64,000 nt of DNA from Selaginella moellendorffii (Eukaryota; Plantae; Lycopodiophyta): assembly GCF_000143415.4 (NCBI RefSeq), contig NW_003314313.1:895430-959429 (forward strand), read 5' to 3'. The notes under the pieces were generated by a model that ran no database searches, was not told where the DNA came from, and saw nothing but the letters and a program-made list of their open reading frames with translations. The position numbers and the translations under genes were made by a program. This document shows positions 62,282 through 64,000 of the stretch, in pieces (positions within the stretch are counted from its first letter, which is position 1; each line of letters opens with the position of its first letter).

Positions 62282-64000
62282 ATGGCTGCTTTCTCGCCCC
62301 CGCCCAGACTCTTGCTGCTCAAGCCACTGTCGCTGTCCAACGGCAGCACTCGTGTCGCGCCACCGCCGCCCTCTCTCGTGGCGTCTTGGAGATCATCCCT
62401 CCTCAAATCCAGAAACCAGGTAAAGTTCTCTTTTTTTGCTTCAAGCTTGGTTTTCTAGAGATTGAAAGAGGAGAACCTTGTAGACTACTCGCAATTCCAT
62501 GGATATGGAGCAGCCGCTAGTCGATGGCGATGCTCCGCCAGATCGATTCAAGGAGACCAACTGGAGAGCTGTCACACTTCCGTAAGTCCACCTGTCTGTG
62601 GATTAAAATGTGAAGTCCATGTATCTTTTGGATGCTAGATTTTTGTTTCCAGCTCTGGGTGGGCTCTTGTTTGGCTATGATATTGGAGCAACCTCTGGAG
62701 CTTCCATATCTTTGACGGTAAGTTCCCTTTTGCCTTTGTGGAGAAGGAAAAACGAGTCTAAATTATCTTCGGAATTGCTTGATTTCTTGCAGTCTCCAGA
62801 GCTGAGTGGCACAGATTGGTACCAGCTTACGTCGATTCAAACGGGGCTAGTGGTAAGTTTGTCAAGTTTTTTCTTTTTTCTTTTTTCTTGGCAAGGAAAC
62901 CTTTTTTCTTTTTCCAGGTGAGTGGTTCACTCTATGGAGCTTTGCTGGGATCCATTCTAGCATACAATGTCGCAGATAGGCTTGGTATGTTCATGCCTGT
63001 TTTCCTCTCAATTCCATTCAACTGTTTTCCTTTTTTCGTTTTGGTTTGTGAAGGACGACGAAAGGAGCTTATCTCCGCTGCTGCTATATACTGCATTGGA
63101 TCACTAGTCACAGGTCTAGCTCCAAACTTTCCTGTCATTCTCGCTGGAAGGCTGGCTTTTGGATTTGGCATTGGACTGGTAGGCAAACAAACACAAGTTT
63201 TCTCGAAATGTCCTGAGAAGTTTATTCATCTTTCTTTTCTCTCACGCAGGCAATGCATGGAGCACCAATGTACATCTCCGAAACATCACCATCTAAAGTA
63301 CGAGGGACACTTGTATCTCTGAAGGAAGCCTTCATAGTTCTTGGCATTTTGGTAAGCAAGCCACCACCTTCTTTCGTGTTTTAAGCCACTTTTTGCAGCT
63401 TGGATATCTAGCCGGCAGCGTAGAAATCTCCACTGTCGGAGGCTGGCGATGGATGTACGCATTCGCGGCACCGATCGCGATCATCATGGGAATTGGGATG
63501 TGGTGGCTGCCACCCTCGCCGCGATGGCTACTCTTGCGAGCGGTGCAAGGCAAAGGTGACATGAGCGAGCTCACGCGACAGGCTTGCGAGGCTTTCAAGA
63601 GGCTTGGAGGGGGATCAAGCAACATCACCCAAGAGGCTGTGGATTTGCAAGTGGATGAAACTGTCAAGTCGCTGGAGAGCTTGAGCAGGGAATCTGAGAG
63701 CGCGCAGCAAAGCGTCTGGGAGTTGTTCCGAGGAGGCAACTTGAAAACTTTGACGATTGGAACCGGCTTGGTCTTTTTCCAACAGGTTTGTTTTCTTTGT
63801 TCATGCTCGAGCAAAGTTTCATATTTTGTTCTGGTTTCTCTGGGATGTTTCTTTCAGGTGACTGGCCAGCCAAGCGTCCTATACTATGCAGCCACGATCC
63901 TCCAGGTGAGTGGCAGCATGTCCTTTAGTTTCTTTTTCGTTTTCTGAGTGAAACTTCGATCCAGAGTGCTGGATTTGCTGCTGCAACGGATGCAACACGA
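62282..64000 (+). CDS. Sugar/H+ transporter of VGT/pSuT (D-xylose-proton symporter-like) clade with transit peptide; runs off window
   Basis: FLFPALGGLLFGYDIGATSGA, SGSLYGAL, GRRKEL, PPSPRWLLL, FQQVTGQPSVLYYA. Confidence 0.9.

Overview
Compact land-plant nuclear DNA with very short (~50-60 bp) introns and dense genes. This, with the PLS-PPR and UGT relics, is most consistent with a lycophyte such as Selaginella (inference). Recognisable genes: 3' end of a GDSL lipase, two L-gulonolactone oxidase-like (GulLO) paralogs, plastid dihydrolipoamide dehydrogenase, a BAHD acyltransferase, RsgA GTPase, MED18, ALDH2, AMP1-like glutamate carboxypeptidase, UBC13-type E2, GCD1, root-type FNR, DIM1A, a UGT, a degenerate plastid ATP/ADP transporter and a VGT/pSuT sugar transporter. 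Mobile DNA: a complete ~5 kb Ty3/gypsy element (175-bp LTRs, 4-bp TSD, tRNA-Ala PBS, GGGAAAC slippery site plus H-type pseudoknot), and LINE and pogo-like relics. Most interesting: (1) an intronless P-loop ATPase + restriction-endonuclease-like gene (Crinkler/CR-effector-like architecture) at 9.7-11.4 kb; (2) a highly diverged proteasome beta-subunit-like domain in frame with the end of the ATP/ADP transporter at 55 kb; (3) the gag-pol -1 frameshift signal; (4) an orphan small secreted Cys-rich protein at 59.4 kb; (5) a stand-alone MFAP1 C-terminal mini-gene within a DIM1/MFAP1 duplication showing reciprocal loss. Gene models were read by eye, and no database searches were run.
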